Shown here: positions 1-11,960 of the stretch, in pieces
Layout: every line of letters begins with the position of its first letter
Numbering within the stretch: the first letter of the stretch is position 1
Source: Octopus sinensis
Lineage: Eukaryota
DNA length: 64,000 bases
NCBI RefSeq assembly: GCF_006345805.1
Contig: NC_043005.1
Location: 67,270,001-67,334,000 of the forward strand
Direction: 5' to 3'
The notes under the pieces: model-generated
Database searches by the model: none
Seen by the model: the letters and a program-made list of their open reading frames with translations, nothing else
Told to the model about the DNA's origin: nothing
Made by a program: the position numbers and the translations under genes

Positions 1-700
1 CATATTAGACAACAATCCAACCTTGTATATTGAATGTCCGACATGAACTGATCGATCAAACTAGCAACATCAGTTTGTCATATACAAAGCCATGTGTCAC
101 CCTATCTATTGACGACAAACGTCTGATAAAAGAGTAAGAAATATTATCAAACAAATTTACACTAAAGCAAATAGGTCTAATGGTGTTCTTCATCACCGCA
201 ACAATACAGAGGGAAAAGCTAACTTCAGTTACATAGATATAACGGAAGGGGAAATAATATTAGTCTTCGATGAGATGAAGTTGAACTCAAGAACAGACCC
301 TGATTGTTTCCCAGCGATTTTCTTAAAGAAATGCAAAACGGCTCTGGTAAGACGATTACTGGTTACATTATTTCTAACAAGAAAAAGAAAATCATTTTCT
401 TCATGTAAGGAACAATTACTGTAACTCCCCTTAACAACTGCTTCAACTTGTGTTCATCAAAAAAGGGTCAAACAACCCACGGAGCTCGAAGCAGTCCACT
501 GTTGTTACATCAAGTAGATTGCGTCAGTGTAAAGGGGGAGCTATTGGGACACGTTAAAAGAACTGAGGCTCTACTCTCTAAAGTGAACCTAACTCATATT
601 TTTCACGTGCCAAGTAAGGATCTAGCGCCTTGTTTGGGAATTGAAAGATATTAACCCACCATAGGGATGTCACTGTATAGCACCAGAGGCTTCATATTTC
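1..700 (+). mobile_element. Decayed CR1-like LINE reverse-transcriptase remnant with internal deletions
   Basis: About 246-380 translates EGEIILVFDEMKLNSRTDPDCFPAIFLKKCKTAL (GPDG-type RT N-terminal motif). Downstream pieces read ELEAVH and SYWDTLKELRLYSL, typical of the CR1 RT C-terminal region. Frameshifts and stops are present. Confidence 0.65.
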
Positions 701-2564
701 TCATGTACATTAGGGATCCAATACAATAATATCAGGTTTCAAAGTCTACTGCTTTACAATTCTTTGCCAAAACACAAATAATCTTAGCAATATACGAGGC
801 GCAAAGGTAAAGGTATACAAAAAAATAAAATATACAAATCTTTATCTGAGGAACCCGTTGAAAGCATTTCATGGCAAAACCGGTAGATGAAAGCGCAGTT
901 GCCCCGGTAACATATTCCCCAATACCAAAGATGGAGATGAATCGTGGAATACAACTGCAATAAAGTAATCTAAGGATCACACCATTGTCAGTGCCCCGGA
1001 ATAACCAGAATCTCTGGCTTGAACAAGTAGAATTAAAATAAAGAAACACAGACATACACACACACACGCAAACACACACACATACATGCACGCGCGCATA
1101 CACACACGCGCATATGCTGTGTGTATGCATGTCATATATCTATCTATCTATCTATCTATTTACATATTTATATATATTTACATAGGTATAGATATAGATA
1201 TTGATACTGATATATATATATATATACGTGTGTGTGTATATACATGCGCGCGAGCGCGTGTGTGTTGCTTTCTCATGTGAATACAAATTTAGTCATGGTG
1301 AATGATGTACTAATGCTTTTCACAGATCACAGGGGGAAACGCAGCATATTTATTGGTTTCCATAGAAACGGCATCTCATTGACAACCACATGTTTCTGCA
1401 TCAAGAGATATCTGATTCGTCGCGTTCGCATATAATTGAACATATCTCTTCACTGACGACACTAAATATTTCCATAAAACAGTTATTGCTGCCATATTAC
1501 CATTATTGTAATTTCCTAATACTCACTTATTTATCATCCATTCTGTTTCCATGGTGATAATTAATCCGCAGCTTTTGTAAATATGAAACACACGCACGCG
1601 TAACCTGCTTCTCTGCAGACGCCCACATTGAAATTCACACCCAAATACTGAATTATGCTCTCAATTACAATGGCATACACACAAATACACATATGAATGC
1701 ATCCGTACATCTAATCAAGATCTCGACTCTAATTAACATTTTCCATTTGTGTATTATTGCTTTTATTTTTAATTTTGTCTATTTATATTTTCGTCTGATT
1801 TTCATTCTTATTTTATTTTAAATTATGTACTGTCTAAACCAAATGTATTTTTATCAAAAAGATGTTTTATCAATGTTCACATAACTTTTCTCTGGCATTA
1901 TTCTGCGTACATCTGCCTTTTCTCTTTTGTGCATGTTTGATGTACTATATATTACTATGTTTCCTGAGCTGCTGTCATCTTGTGTGAATGATACGTCTCT
2001 AAACTAAATTTAACGGGGATTATACAGTTGTTTTTTGTAATCATTCATATTTTTTTTATTTGATGTCGGGGTTGGTTGTTATTGAACAATATTAGTATTA
2101 GCAGACTTTATAGCTAACATTCCATAATTTATTACGGGTTGCCTCCTGATGACAAAGTTGTTAAATGAATAAGCCAATCCACATGGAGACTTATCTGTCA
2201 GTTATTATTTATAACTTGGCTTTAAGAGTGAATTGGCAAGCCTTGCACAAATTTGTTACAGAGAAAAGATTGAGAACGATTCCCAGGGGTATATTCCAGT
2301 TATTGGAAATTGTGTTTCCGACAAATCCCTGTGTATTTTTGTCGTCTAGACTTCAATATTGTATCAAGGGGAAAACCATAATTGATTGCACCTTGCCTGG
2401 TAATATTTAACTGCTATTATTTTTAACCATGATAAAAATATGGGAGCGTCTTCTCATAATTTACATTCAAAAGAGTGAAGTCATAAAGTAGAATATACGG
2501 TATTTGAAGTAACACTGCGGATCGCAGTCAAAGCTTCTGGCACACAACTTTTTATAAGGATTAA

Positions 2565-2760
2565 CGCTGGTAGAATCATTAGCACACTGGACAAAATTCT
2601 TAGTGGCATTTTGTCCATATTTACGTTCTGAATCCAACATCAAATTTACCTTTCATACTTCAGGAACCGATCAAAATAAATACCAGTCAAGTACTGGAAT
2701 CGTTATAATCGACTTACACTCCCCTTCAAATTCCAGTTTTTGTACCTATAGTAGAAATAT
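2565..2760 (+). mobile_element. Old tRNA-derived SINE, family A
   Basis: Degenerate match to the family A copies at 8375 and 21253 (gctggtagaatcattagcac... cctttcatac... ataccag). Confidence 0.6.
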
Positions 2761-3775
2761 TTAATTTAATCCGACTAAATTTCGAATTCTAATATTGGCA
2801 ATATCAAGATTTTTTATTCGCAGCTGGCATGTTGATAACTTAAATACCGTATGCGTACCAAAATTTATTCAACATTTGAATGCAATCGCAAAATATAACT
2901 TTAGTTGTGTAAATGTGTGTTCATACATGAAAATTTGACACCTTGAGATTGTATTTTGCGCTTATTTTAATATCTTAACTGTGAGCTACAGTTGTATGGG
3001 ATCCTATATTTTATTCTAAACACGTTCTTCTGTTCTTTTTTGTTTTCATTCATACATTTAAATTACATATCGTCTGCTGTGCAAAACGTAATTTCTAACT
3101 CTGTGTTGCTGTGATACTTTCTTCATAAATGTAGTTGTTCCGAAAGCTAACACTACGTAATATTAAACATTCTGCTGCTCAGATGTTTAATGTTTTATAT
3201 GGTATCTTTCAGTATATTGATTTCTAGTGATATTTGCTTTCAAACATATTCCATACGGCATATTTCATTAGCGTTGAATATTTCTAACTATCCGTTTACA
3301 TTTAAGATGCTATCTGTCAGCGAAACTAGTGCCGACAGAAAGTGAATCAAATCTGCTTGATTTATCCCATGAAGAAATTTTTAGACAAATGTTAACGGAT
3401 ATTACATGCGATACACAAATATTTGACATGTTGAACTGTAAGAACAAGTTAATATATTCAATATGTTTCGATTCCATCATAAATCCATACAACCACTCAC
3501 CTGTTCACATTTACAAGGGACATTACTCGTGCTTTGTATCCGGGTTTGCTTATTTTTGTTATATCTAACTCAGTATTGAAAAAAAAAACCTCTTTTTACT
3601 ATGAATGGGATGATATATATACAACTACATACACCTATACACAGCTTTACCCATTCACATAAGAACTTACCGGTTTTTATTTTTTTCTCCTTTTCGCCCT
3701 TGTATACAAAAGAAAAGTACTTAACTCTTTTCGATATTAAAGTAGAATTAATAGGAAAGTGACAATATATAGATA

Positions 3776-4217
3776 TTTTTGTCGCCACCTAAGCATGACA
3801 GTTCCATGGGGAAGCGACATTACTGCTATTTTAACCCCGGAAGGACGCCTGCTCCAGCTAATTATTCGATGTAATCTGCACTCGATATATATTGCGAGCA
3901 GGGGAGCGAACCACCACCAACTTCCAGTCACAAGACCACCAGACCGTACAGTTCACACCACTTTGTAGCCATCCACGGTGGTGGATACTCATCCGCTAGA
4001 GATAACAGTAGTTCAATCCAGGACGCAATACATAGAGAACGAGTCACACTCATTCACTGGTTGAGAAAATCTCTAAAAGAGATGAAACAAGTAGTGTTTA
4101 TCGTGGTATCGTGGCTGAGAAACGGTAGATCACTCCCTTGCTTGCCTTATATACCCTGGGGTTGAAATAGTAGTAATTTCAGTTCCAGCGGAACAGCGAT
4201 GTCTCAGTGGCGAAAAA
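3776..4217. mobile_element. Putative non-autonomous element with imperfect terminal inverted repeats
   Basis: 3819-3838 attactgctattttaacccc matches the reverse complement of 4158-4177 at 18/20. ttttgtcgccac (3777) mirrors gtggcgaaaaa (4207). Confidence 0.45.
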
Positions 4218-4284
4218 CATTACTTCTCATTATAATTACTGCCATCATCTCTTATAGTGATATTCCTAACTAGCTAACTTGTAC

Positions 4285-4333
<49 letters not shown>

Positions 4334-4430
4334 ATCCAAACATGAAATCACAAAGAGAAAACACAACAACGCGAGGACGTGGAACAAATATAGTATTATT
4401 GGACGCCCAGGAAGGAAGGGAAGAAGGAGG

Positions 4431-4465
4431 GTTTAACGTTTCGAGCGGAGCTCTTCGTCAGAAAC
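4431..4465 (-). ncRNA. Minimal type I hammerhead ribozyme
   Basis: Minus strand reads GUUU-CUGACGA-A-GAGC-ucc-GCUC-GAAAC-GUU-AAAC, identical to the plus copy at 4850-4884. Confidence 0.75.
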
Positions 4466-4609
4466 ATAGGAAAAGGAAAGATCCAGAGAAGGGGGGGGGG
4501 AAATCGCCAACCGTACACACGCGGTCACATTTTGAATATATATATACACAAAAATACAAACAAACATACACACACACACACCTTATTCTCTATCTATTTT
4601 CCCGTGTTT

Positions 4610-4645
4610 CTTTCTGTTGTAGAGTGTAGGCTCGAAAAGTAAAAG
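4610..4645 (+). ncRNA. Degenerate hammerhead-like motif
   Basis: CUUU-CUGUUGU-A-GAGU-guag-GCUC-GAAAAGUA-AAAG. Stems I and II pair, but the catalytic core is mutated. Confidence 0.45.
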
Positions 4646-4849
4646 ACTTCCTCACCTTACCGAGCGTCAAACTAATACATCTGCTTGTTGTTCATATACC
4701 TTTCTGTACCTTGTGTTTTTCTGTAAATTTAAACTATACACACACAGACATACATACATATATATATATATGTATGTATGTGACCTCGTGAGCAGCGCCA
4801 GCAATTTTTTTCCTCTGTCTTCCCTTCTCGGGATCTTTCCTTCTCCTTT

Positions 4850-4884
4850 GTTTCTGACGAAGAGCTCCGCTCGAAACGTTAAAC
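4850..4884 (+). ncRNA. Minimal type I hammerhead ribozyme
   Basis: Core CUGACGA 4854-4860, extra A, stem II GAGC/GCUC 4862-4872, GAAA 4873-4876, loopless palindromic stem III AC/GU, predicted cleavage after 4880, stem I GUUU 4850-53 / AAAC 4881-84. Confidence 0.75.
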
Positions 4885-4981
4885 CCTCCTTCCCTTCTTT
4901 CCTGAGCGTCCAATGATACTTTATTTGTTCCACGTCCTCGCGTTGGTGTGTTTTTTTGTGTTTTCTTGTTTGGATTAACTT

Positions 4982-5076
<95 letters not shown>
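4982..5076. repeat. (TA)n microsatellite (partner tract at about 4283-4328)
   Basis: Direct reading. Confidence 0.95.
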
Positions 5077-5080
<4 letters not shown>

Positions 5081-5301
5081 GTAATAAAACAAGTACTACA
5101 CAAGGTAAGAACATTATAGCTGTATATGCCGTTTCCGCTGAAAACATTATAAACAGCTATGAACTCAGAATGGACGTCCATTCTGCGATATACGACTGAT
5201 AAAAAACATATAAGTTTATTCTCTGATTATATCCTAAGAAAGTTATAATCTTGCGGACCAAAATGATATATCTAATAGACTGATATATATCTCGATGTAA
5301 T

Positions 5302-5465
5302 AGCATCGTAGTCAAGTGGTTAAGAAACTCGCCTGGCAGCCTATGCTTTCCAGGTTTGATTCCACTGCGTGACATCTTGGACCGATATTATACGTTGTAG
5401 CCTGTCGGGTCGACCCATAACCTTTGCGTGAAATAGGTTTTGACGTAAACTGTATAGAAGCCCAT
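5302..5465 (+). mobile_element. Old truncated SINE family B (tRNA-like head)
   Basis: A-box-like tagtcaagtggtt and B-box-like ggtttgattcc, followed by similarity to the family B body. Confidence 0.5.
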
Positions 5466-6184
5466 GTTAGGAATTGTACTCGTAAATGTAAAGGTACTGC
5501 CTGGCCGCAAACAGTAAATCGGATTATGCTTGAGGATTAAATCACTGACACCCATGTCTGTGGAATACTCAGGCATGTTAATCCAACAGCATGTAGTTTG
5601 GTTGCTCGAAATACCGAATGCCATCGTCTAAACAGACGTAGAACCATCTATATATTCAGATATATAGGTTCGTCCCAACTACATAGATATACGGTCTAGT
5701 GATCGGGCGTTGGACAAATGATTATAAAATCGGGAATTTTGTTCTTGGAGATAAATTTGGTTCTTGAGTCAGACACAATACATCACTCCAGCTTCCCTTT
5801 GTTCGAATATAAACGCCAGCCTATTGTTAGAGCAACCGTCTGATTTGGTACATTAAGTATAACAGGGACGGGAAATTGCAATTATAGATTCTGCAAAGGC
5901 AATTAGTGAAAGCATCGCACAGCAAATACATGTGTATTTGCGAGTAACTGCTCAGCTTTTACACACAAGCACACACACACATACACACACACACACACAT
6001 ACACACACACACACTCACACACACACTCGCTCTCTCTCTCTCTCGCTCTCTCCCTCTCACACACACATACACATACACACACACTGAAAACGTATAGACT
6101 GGATATAGAGAGAGTGAGATAATACATAACTATTACATTTGTGTACGTGTGTGTATACATACTTACATTTGTGTATCTGTGTGC

Positions 6185-6223
<39 letters not shown>

Positions 6224-6224
<1 letters not shown>

Positions 6225-6632
6225 TCTCTCTCTTTTACTCTTTTACTTGTTTCAGTCATTTTGACTGCGGCCATGGTGGAGCACCGCCTTTAGTCGAGCA
6301 AATCGACCCCGGGACTTATTCTTTGTAAGACCAGTACTTATTCTATCGGTCTCTTTTGCCGAACCGCTAAGTGACGGGGACGTAAACACACCAGCATCGG
6401 TTGTCAAGCAACGCTAGGGAGACAAACACAGACACACAAACATATACACACACATACATACAAATATATATACATATATACGACGGGCTTCTTTCAGTTT
6501 CCGTCTACTAAATCCACTCACAAGGCATTGGTCGGCCCGGGGCTATAGCAGAAGACACTTGCCCAAGATGCCACGCAGTGGGACTGAACCGGAACCATGT
6601 GGTTGGTTAGCAAGCTACTTACCACACAGCCA
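6224..6632 (-). mobile_element. tRNA-derived SINE, family B, near full length
   Basis: Reverse complement matches 49120-49525 (head ggctgtgtggtaagtagcttg..., tail ggcggtgctccaccatggccgcagtcaaaatgactgaaacaag). Confidence 0.9.
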
Positions 6633-6636
6633 ATAT

Positions 6637-6683
<47 letters not shown>

Positions 6684-6789
6684 ATATATATATGTTACTG
6701 GTTTTATCAGAATGGGTTAAAATACCTAACCTATTCTGATAAAACCAGTAACGTTTATAATATTGACATCCCCACATACCATGAACTAT

Positions 6790-6839
<50 letters not shown>

Positions 6840-8374
6840 CATACATCTATATATATCTGACCAACATTATTTCGTTTTAAAGTTACTGTGTCACATTCTT
6901 TTACTTCTTTTTGTAAATAGTTCTTATCTCCCACTTGTATATATGATACAAAATTTGATTTCTTAACATATGCTAAATGCCTCAATATATCTGAACATAA
7001 ACATCTTACAGATCAGCCTGCTTCACGACATAGTTCAATCTCGTATATTTGGTATTCATCTTCCATTGTGGAAGGGAATTCTGCAAAAGAATGTTATCTA
7101 TATAATTTACTTGTATCTCGTAAACTTCGTTTATATTTCTTCTTAGCGCAATAAATCAGAAATCGATGCAACTTGCATAAAGAGTGAGCATAAAACTCTC
7201 TCATATCTCATGAATAGTCAGATCAACGATGAAGTCTTCATCTTCGTGTATTATGTCAAAACCCAATAATTTATACGGATTAATCTCCTCTAAATTATGA
7301 TTCCCTGTTGGTCTCACTGTTGGGATGTAATGGCACAAACAGGAAAAGCAACTGAAGTGTAGCGGATATAGTACGGCAACGAGATATCATATAGAGCCAC
7401 CGACACGCAGATTGCTATGTTATAGGAAATATAGGAATAGTAGCTGCATTTTGAAATAATAAAAACGAAATCAGTATAGATAGAACAGGAAATTGATATT
7501 ATCGTTTTAAAAGAATCGTGTTAATGCTGGAATCCGACTGCATTTTTTGATCGATACACATCTAAGCTATTGGATTTTTTTCTCCGTATTCAGTTTGAAG
7601 TTTGTTGAGAAAGTGCGAAACAATGTGAGGCCCTGCAATGCATGGTATCATGGATTCATAGTTTTTTTTCTTTGAAGTGATAGTTTTTATATTGTGAGCT
7701 GAATTTGCCACCAACATTTTCCGGCTTTCACGGCTAAGATTTTAACACACGCTCTTCCAGTCCATAGATACAGATTGGTATCTAGAGTTAAAGTGTTATA
7801 TTCGGTGAATCAATCCACCGGTGGAGCTATAAATAATGAAAGATTTCTTATCTATCGACAAACAGTTCCAAGGCTGATATGGACTTAAAGAAGGTAACAA
7901 TAATCCAGAATGGAATATTTTTCACTCATGATCTATGATCTATAATTCCATTATATGTTCACACATTGGAATCGCATTTTAGGTTATGCAGATAAAAGAT
8001 ACCAAATCATGCTCAGTTTTGTAATGTCCCTTGTCTATCTAATCAAATATTTGCTGAAATTTTCAAGAGAGTAGTCTTAAATTCCGGTCTACATAGAGGA
8101 AACCAATGATTTTTGCATTGAGAAAATATATATGTATACATCAAACGACGAAATATGCTTTTAACAAAGAAGACTAACATTTCCACGTTTGTCGTTTTTT
8201 ATTCAGCAGCAGAAAATATAAAGATCTTGACAAAAGAGCCCAATGTTCAAATCAGAAAAAGTGGGGAAATAATGTAAAGGGCTATATGTAGAAGGGAGAG
8301 AAAGAACTCAGTATAGTATCATGTTAGTCGAGTAATACGATGTAGGAATAGATACAATATTGAAAGGGTTCTAA

Positions 8375-8767
8375 GGCGGTGAGCTGGTAGAAACATTAGC
8401 ACGCAGGGCGAAATGCTGAGAGGTATTTCGTCTGCCGTTACGTTGGGAGTTCAAATTCCGCCGAGGTCGACTTTGCCTTTCATCCTTTCGGGGTCGATTA
8501 AATAACTACCAGTTACGCACTGGGGTCGATATAATCGACTTAATCCGTGTGCCTGTCCTTGTTTGTCCCCTCTGTGTTTAGCCCCTTGTGGGTAGTAAAA
8601 TAATAGATATTTCGTCTGTCTTTGCGTTCTGTGTTCGAATTCCTCTGAGGTCGACTTTGCCTTTCATCCTTTCGGGGGTCGATAAATTAAGTACCACTTG
8701 AGGTCGATCTAATCGACTGGCCACTTGCTCAAAGATTTCGGGCCTTGTGCCTAGAGTAGAAAAGAAT
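8375..8767 (+). mobile_element. tRNA-derived SINE, family A, dimeric form
   Basis: Head ggcggtgagctggtagaaac, B box gagttcaaattc. The block gaggtcgactttgcctttcatcctttcgggg occurs twice (about 8463 and 8647). Confidence 0.9.
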
Positions 8768-9479
8768 TTTGAAAGTTTTGTTTTTATTGGCAGTTGAGTT
8801 AAAAGAGAAAAGACATGGCGGCGAAAGAATCTAGAAACTGAGAGGCCTAGAAATAACGTAATAATAATATTATAATAAGGCCAAGTACGAAGGTGTGGAA
8901 GTGAAGCGGAGTTTTAGTGGCAGGTATTGACAGAAAAATAAATTGAAAACTTGAAGTAGAAGAAAAACATAAAATCAATAGGTTTAAAAAGCTGTGAAAC
9001 TGGAATATGAAGAATAGTAAAGAGATTCGAATAAGAGAGTGCATATCTCTAAAAGAAAGAAACCGAGAAATAACTGGAAATGAATATAAAACATTAACAG
9101 TAACTTTATCTAAAAGAACTGAAATTAATTGCAAACACATCTATACGCACACAGATATACACACAGATACACACACAGACACACACATACATATACATAT
9201 TGTAGTGGTCGGGATACTTGGCTTTCATCAGCTAGCATGGGATCCAGTCCTCCGGCATAGGTATCTTTTTGGTATTGGAGTAGGAAATTTGCTTCCCCAC
9301 CACATTGTGTCTCGGTTCAGTTCCACAACGTGACACTTTTTGAATCTCATTGACAAAATCATGTTTGTGAATCTCGTTGACAAAAACTATATATATATAT
9401 TCATTTATATGTTTCAGCACTAAGGCTCTGTGCATGCTGTGGGCATCATTCTGTGATGGCTTTGTACGTAGTCGTAGCT

Positions 9480-10100
9480 GCTTTAGTGTGTACAAAGGAA
9501 CCAGAGCTAAATACAAAGTCATCCATGAGTGTGATACGAAGGGGAACCCTCGTTATACAGGAGTATGACAATAAAAAAATACCAGAATGCATGTTACCCT
9601 GGCGGCGAACCAGCATGCCTTTTTAGAAAAGCATTAGATAAGACTAATCTACGGATTAAAATAGTAGAAAGGCATAGAGCTCCCATAAATTCCCTGATCT
9701 GTAGACCTTATCGCTTCGATAGGTCCTCGTGTACAAAGAACAATTGTATAGTATATAGGATGAACCCACGGGTTAACTGTAAAATTAGAAATATAGTATA
9801 TAGCTTACGATGTACGAGGAGACGGTGCAGAAACAAGACGACTACTTAGTTTGAAGAGACAGCACGCGGTATAGGTGGGGCGTATATGTATCACACTGGC
9901 GGGAGCCCAAAGAGGATAAAAGCTCGTCAGTGGTCTACCAACATGCTCAAGCAGAACGTAGAGGCTCGGTTAATAACATTGAGGTTAAGGTAATATCAAC
10001 GCAAGGAAGTGACACGAGACTTAGATGAATCACAGAGGGTACGCACATAACACTAAACAGACCGAGCATCAACAGAAAATACAAATGGAACAATACCCCC
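9480..10100 (+). mobile_element. Penelope-like element, GIY-YIG endonuclease remnant
   Basis: ORF 9565-9849 gives NCKIRNIVYSLRC, followed by EETARGIG (YxGETxR-like) and a C-terminus ITEGTHITLNRPSINRKY. Confidence 0.65.
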
Positions 10101-10436
10101 CCCATACACACACACACACACACACGATGCAAAATGACGATTCATCTCTCTGCCGTTGATGCATAGACGAAGAATGCCAGCACAAACCTTGGTGTCACGC
10201 TTAGCCAGTGACCTTGCTAAAAGAATATATATCATTATCGATCTCACATGGCTTGTTGGTCCCACTGCTAGCGGCGACAGGGATTTATCTCACCTCTAGT
10301 GATGTAAACAAGAGTATATTTTGCACCAAAAACCAATATGTTTGTTTTTCTCATGGTACTACCGTAGTATAGTTTCTTTTGATAGAGCATCCACGTTTTA
10401 ATGGGGAAAGGCATGTATTACATCTCTCTCCCTCTC

Positions 10437-10468
<32 letters not shown>

Positions 10469-10699
10469 CCTGTATATATATATATGTGTGTGTGTGTGTA
10501 TGTGTGTGTGTGTGTGTAGTACGTTAGTTTTTTCAACTCATTTAAAACCTGATTATTTTCAATGAATTTTGAAGTAATCATGTCAGCCAGTACAGCCACC
10601 AGCTGTTGGTGTTCGTTGTCTGGATTGATACGTTCTCAGGGTGACCTTTTAATTATTTCTGGTGGTACAATGGTATAGTGTATAGCATCCTAAACATTT

Positions 10700-11330
10700 G
10701 TTTGTTTGTTTCTTTGTTTATGTTCCTTCCTTGTATGCTAAGTGCAGTTGATCTTATTCCATTTCAAAATGTTTTTTTCGAATTCCAGAAACGCTGTTTT
10801 GCTTTTATGTTTACATAATATAAGCGCTTCGGACGTGATGATTTCCAGAGATTTTTCTAGACAAAAGTTGCATACCGGCGGTGTTTCGTTGTATGGTGCA
10901 GCATTTTTTATAATAGACCAGTGGCTGGTATGCTCCACTCTTTTCTGTTTGAGCCACGAGACGATGTTCCATAGTGATATGGAGTGCCTTTTGTTAATAT
11001 TTGAAAATAATATAAGAAAGTTGTGCAGACGACTTTACATGTTGTCTCCGTTGTCACCAATGTACACGTATTTTTGCGCAGCGACATTCACCTTACATTT
11101 GTAAACGACATTCTTTATCATGCATTTGCTGTTAAACAAGCTTTCCTCTTTACGTCTGAAGTTACATGTGATATTATTTTTTTCTTTTCTCTCCTCCTGT
11201 AATGTACTCAATTTCCTTGTGTATGGAGTAGATTGTCTGTTGTGTGGTGTTGTTTGGATTCGTTTTTGCTATAGGTGAATTTGTTATTGTTAATATAACT
11301 ATATTTGTCCTAAATTATATGGGTACAGCT
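10700..11330 (-). mobile_element. Penelope-like element, GIY-YIG remnant (Cys/His-rich type)
   Basis: Minus strand reads CNFRRKEESLFNSKCMIKNVVYKCKVN...YVYIG and WSIIKNAAPYNETPPVCNFCLEK. Confidence 0.8.
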
Positions 11331-11649
11331 CGGTGCAACCTAAACAACTAGTTCATCAGTCAGCATTATTAGACAGTGGTCAAGATAATGGAATAGGAGC
11401 TTTATTTCCCGTAAATGATGGGGTAGGACGAAACTGTTGTGTATGTGTGTGTGTTCGTGTCTGTGTGTGTGAGTGGCGTATTTGTGTACGTGTGTTACTA
11501 AATGTTTGACTATATGTGTGCGTATGCGTGAGGTAAAGCAACTAGATCAAATGTGTGTGAGAGAGAGGGATATAGAGCTTATGCACACATGTGTATGAAT
11601 GACTATTAGTATGGAACATCATTGATTTACGTAGGCGAGGAAGCACCTA

Positions 11650-11960
11650 CGGTGAAGATGAATAGGCGTGATACAAGATTATTCCACGCTGAAAGAAATT
11701 ATTATGGGAATCAGTGAGTGAAATAAAGTGTCGGTTACTAGCATAAAGATCAGTTGGGCGTTGTTCTGAAGATGAAGTCTTGCGAAGGCAGTCATCTAAA
11801 CGATGTCCAATTTCCATCACATGTTTCGAAATGCAAGGTTTACCTTCGATACGATATATGAGGTTCATTTGATTAACACACATTTAAAATTGTCAGTGGC
11901 AGAGAACTGCATTTTGCCTCCAATAATTGCATGTTGTCGTATATAAATTGACAGGTAAAA
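11650..11960 (-). mobile_element. Probable Penelope-like GIY-YIG C-terminal remnant
   Basis: ISKHVMEIGH resembles the H-x3-GH motif of PLE endonucleases. Highly decayed. Confidence 0.4.

Larger units (their letters stand above)
4329..4981. mobile_element. Non-coding PLE-terminal-repeat / retrozyme-like element with inverted arms, flanked by (TA)n on both sides
   Basis: 4329-4530 is an inverted copy of about 4777-4981 (roughly 90% identical by eye). It contains hammerhead motifs and has no credible ORF. Confidence 0.7.

Noticed and set aside
11765-11815. Plus-strand CUGAAGA...hairpin...UAAAC hammerhead-like string
   Set aside because: It lacks GAAA and lies antisense within a PLE coding remnant. 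Probably chance.
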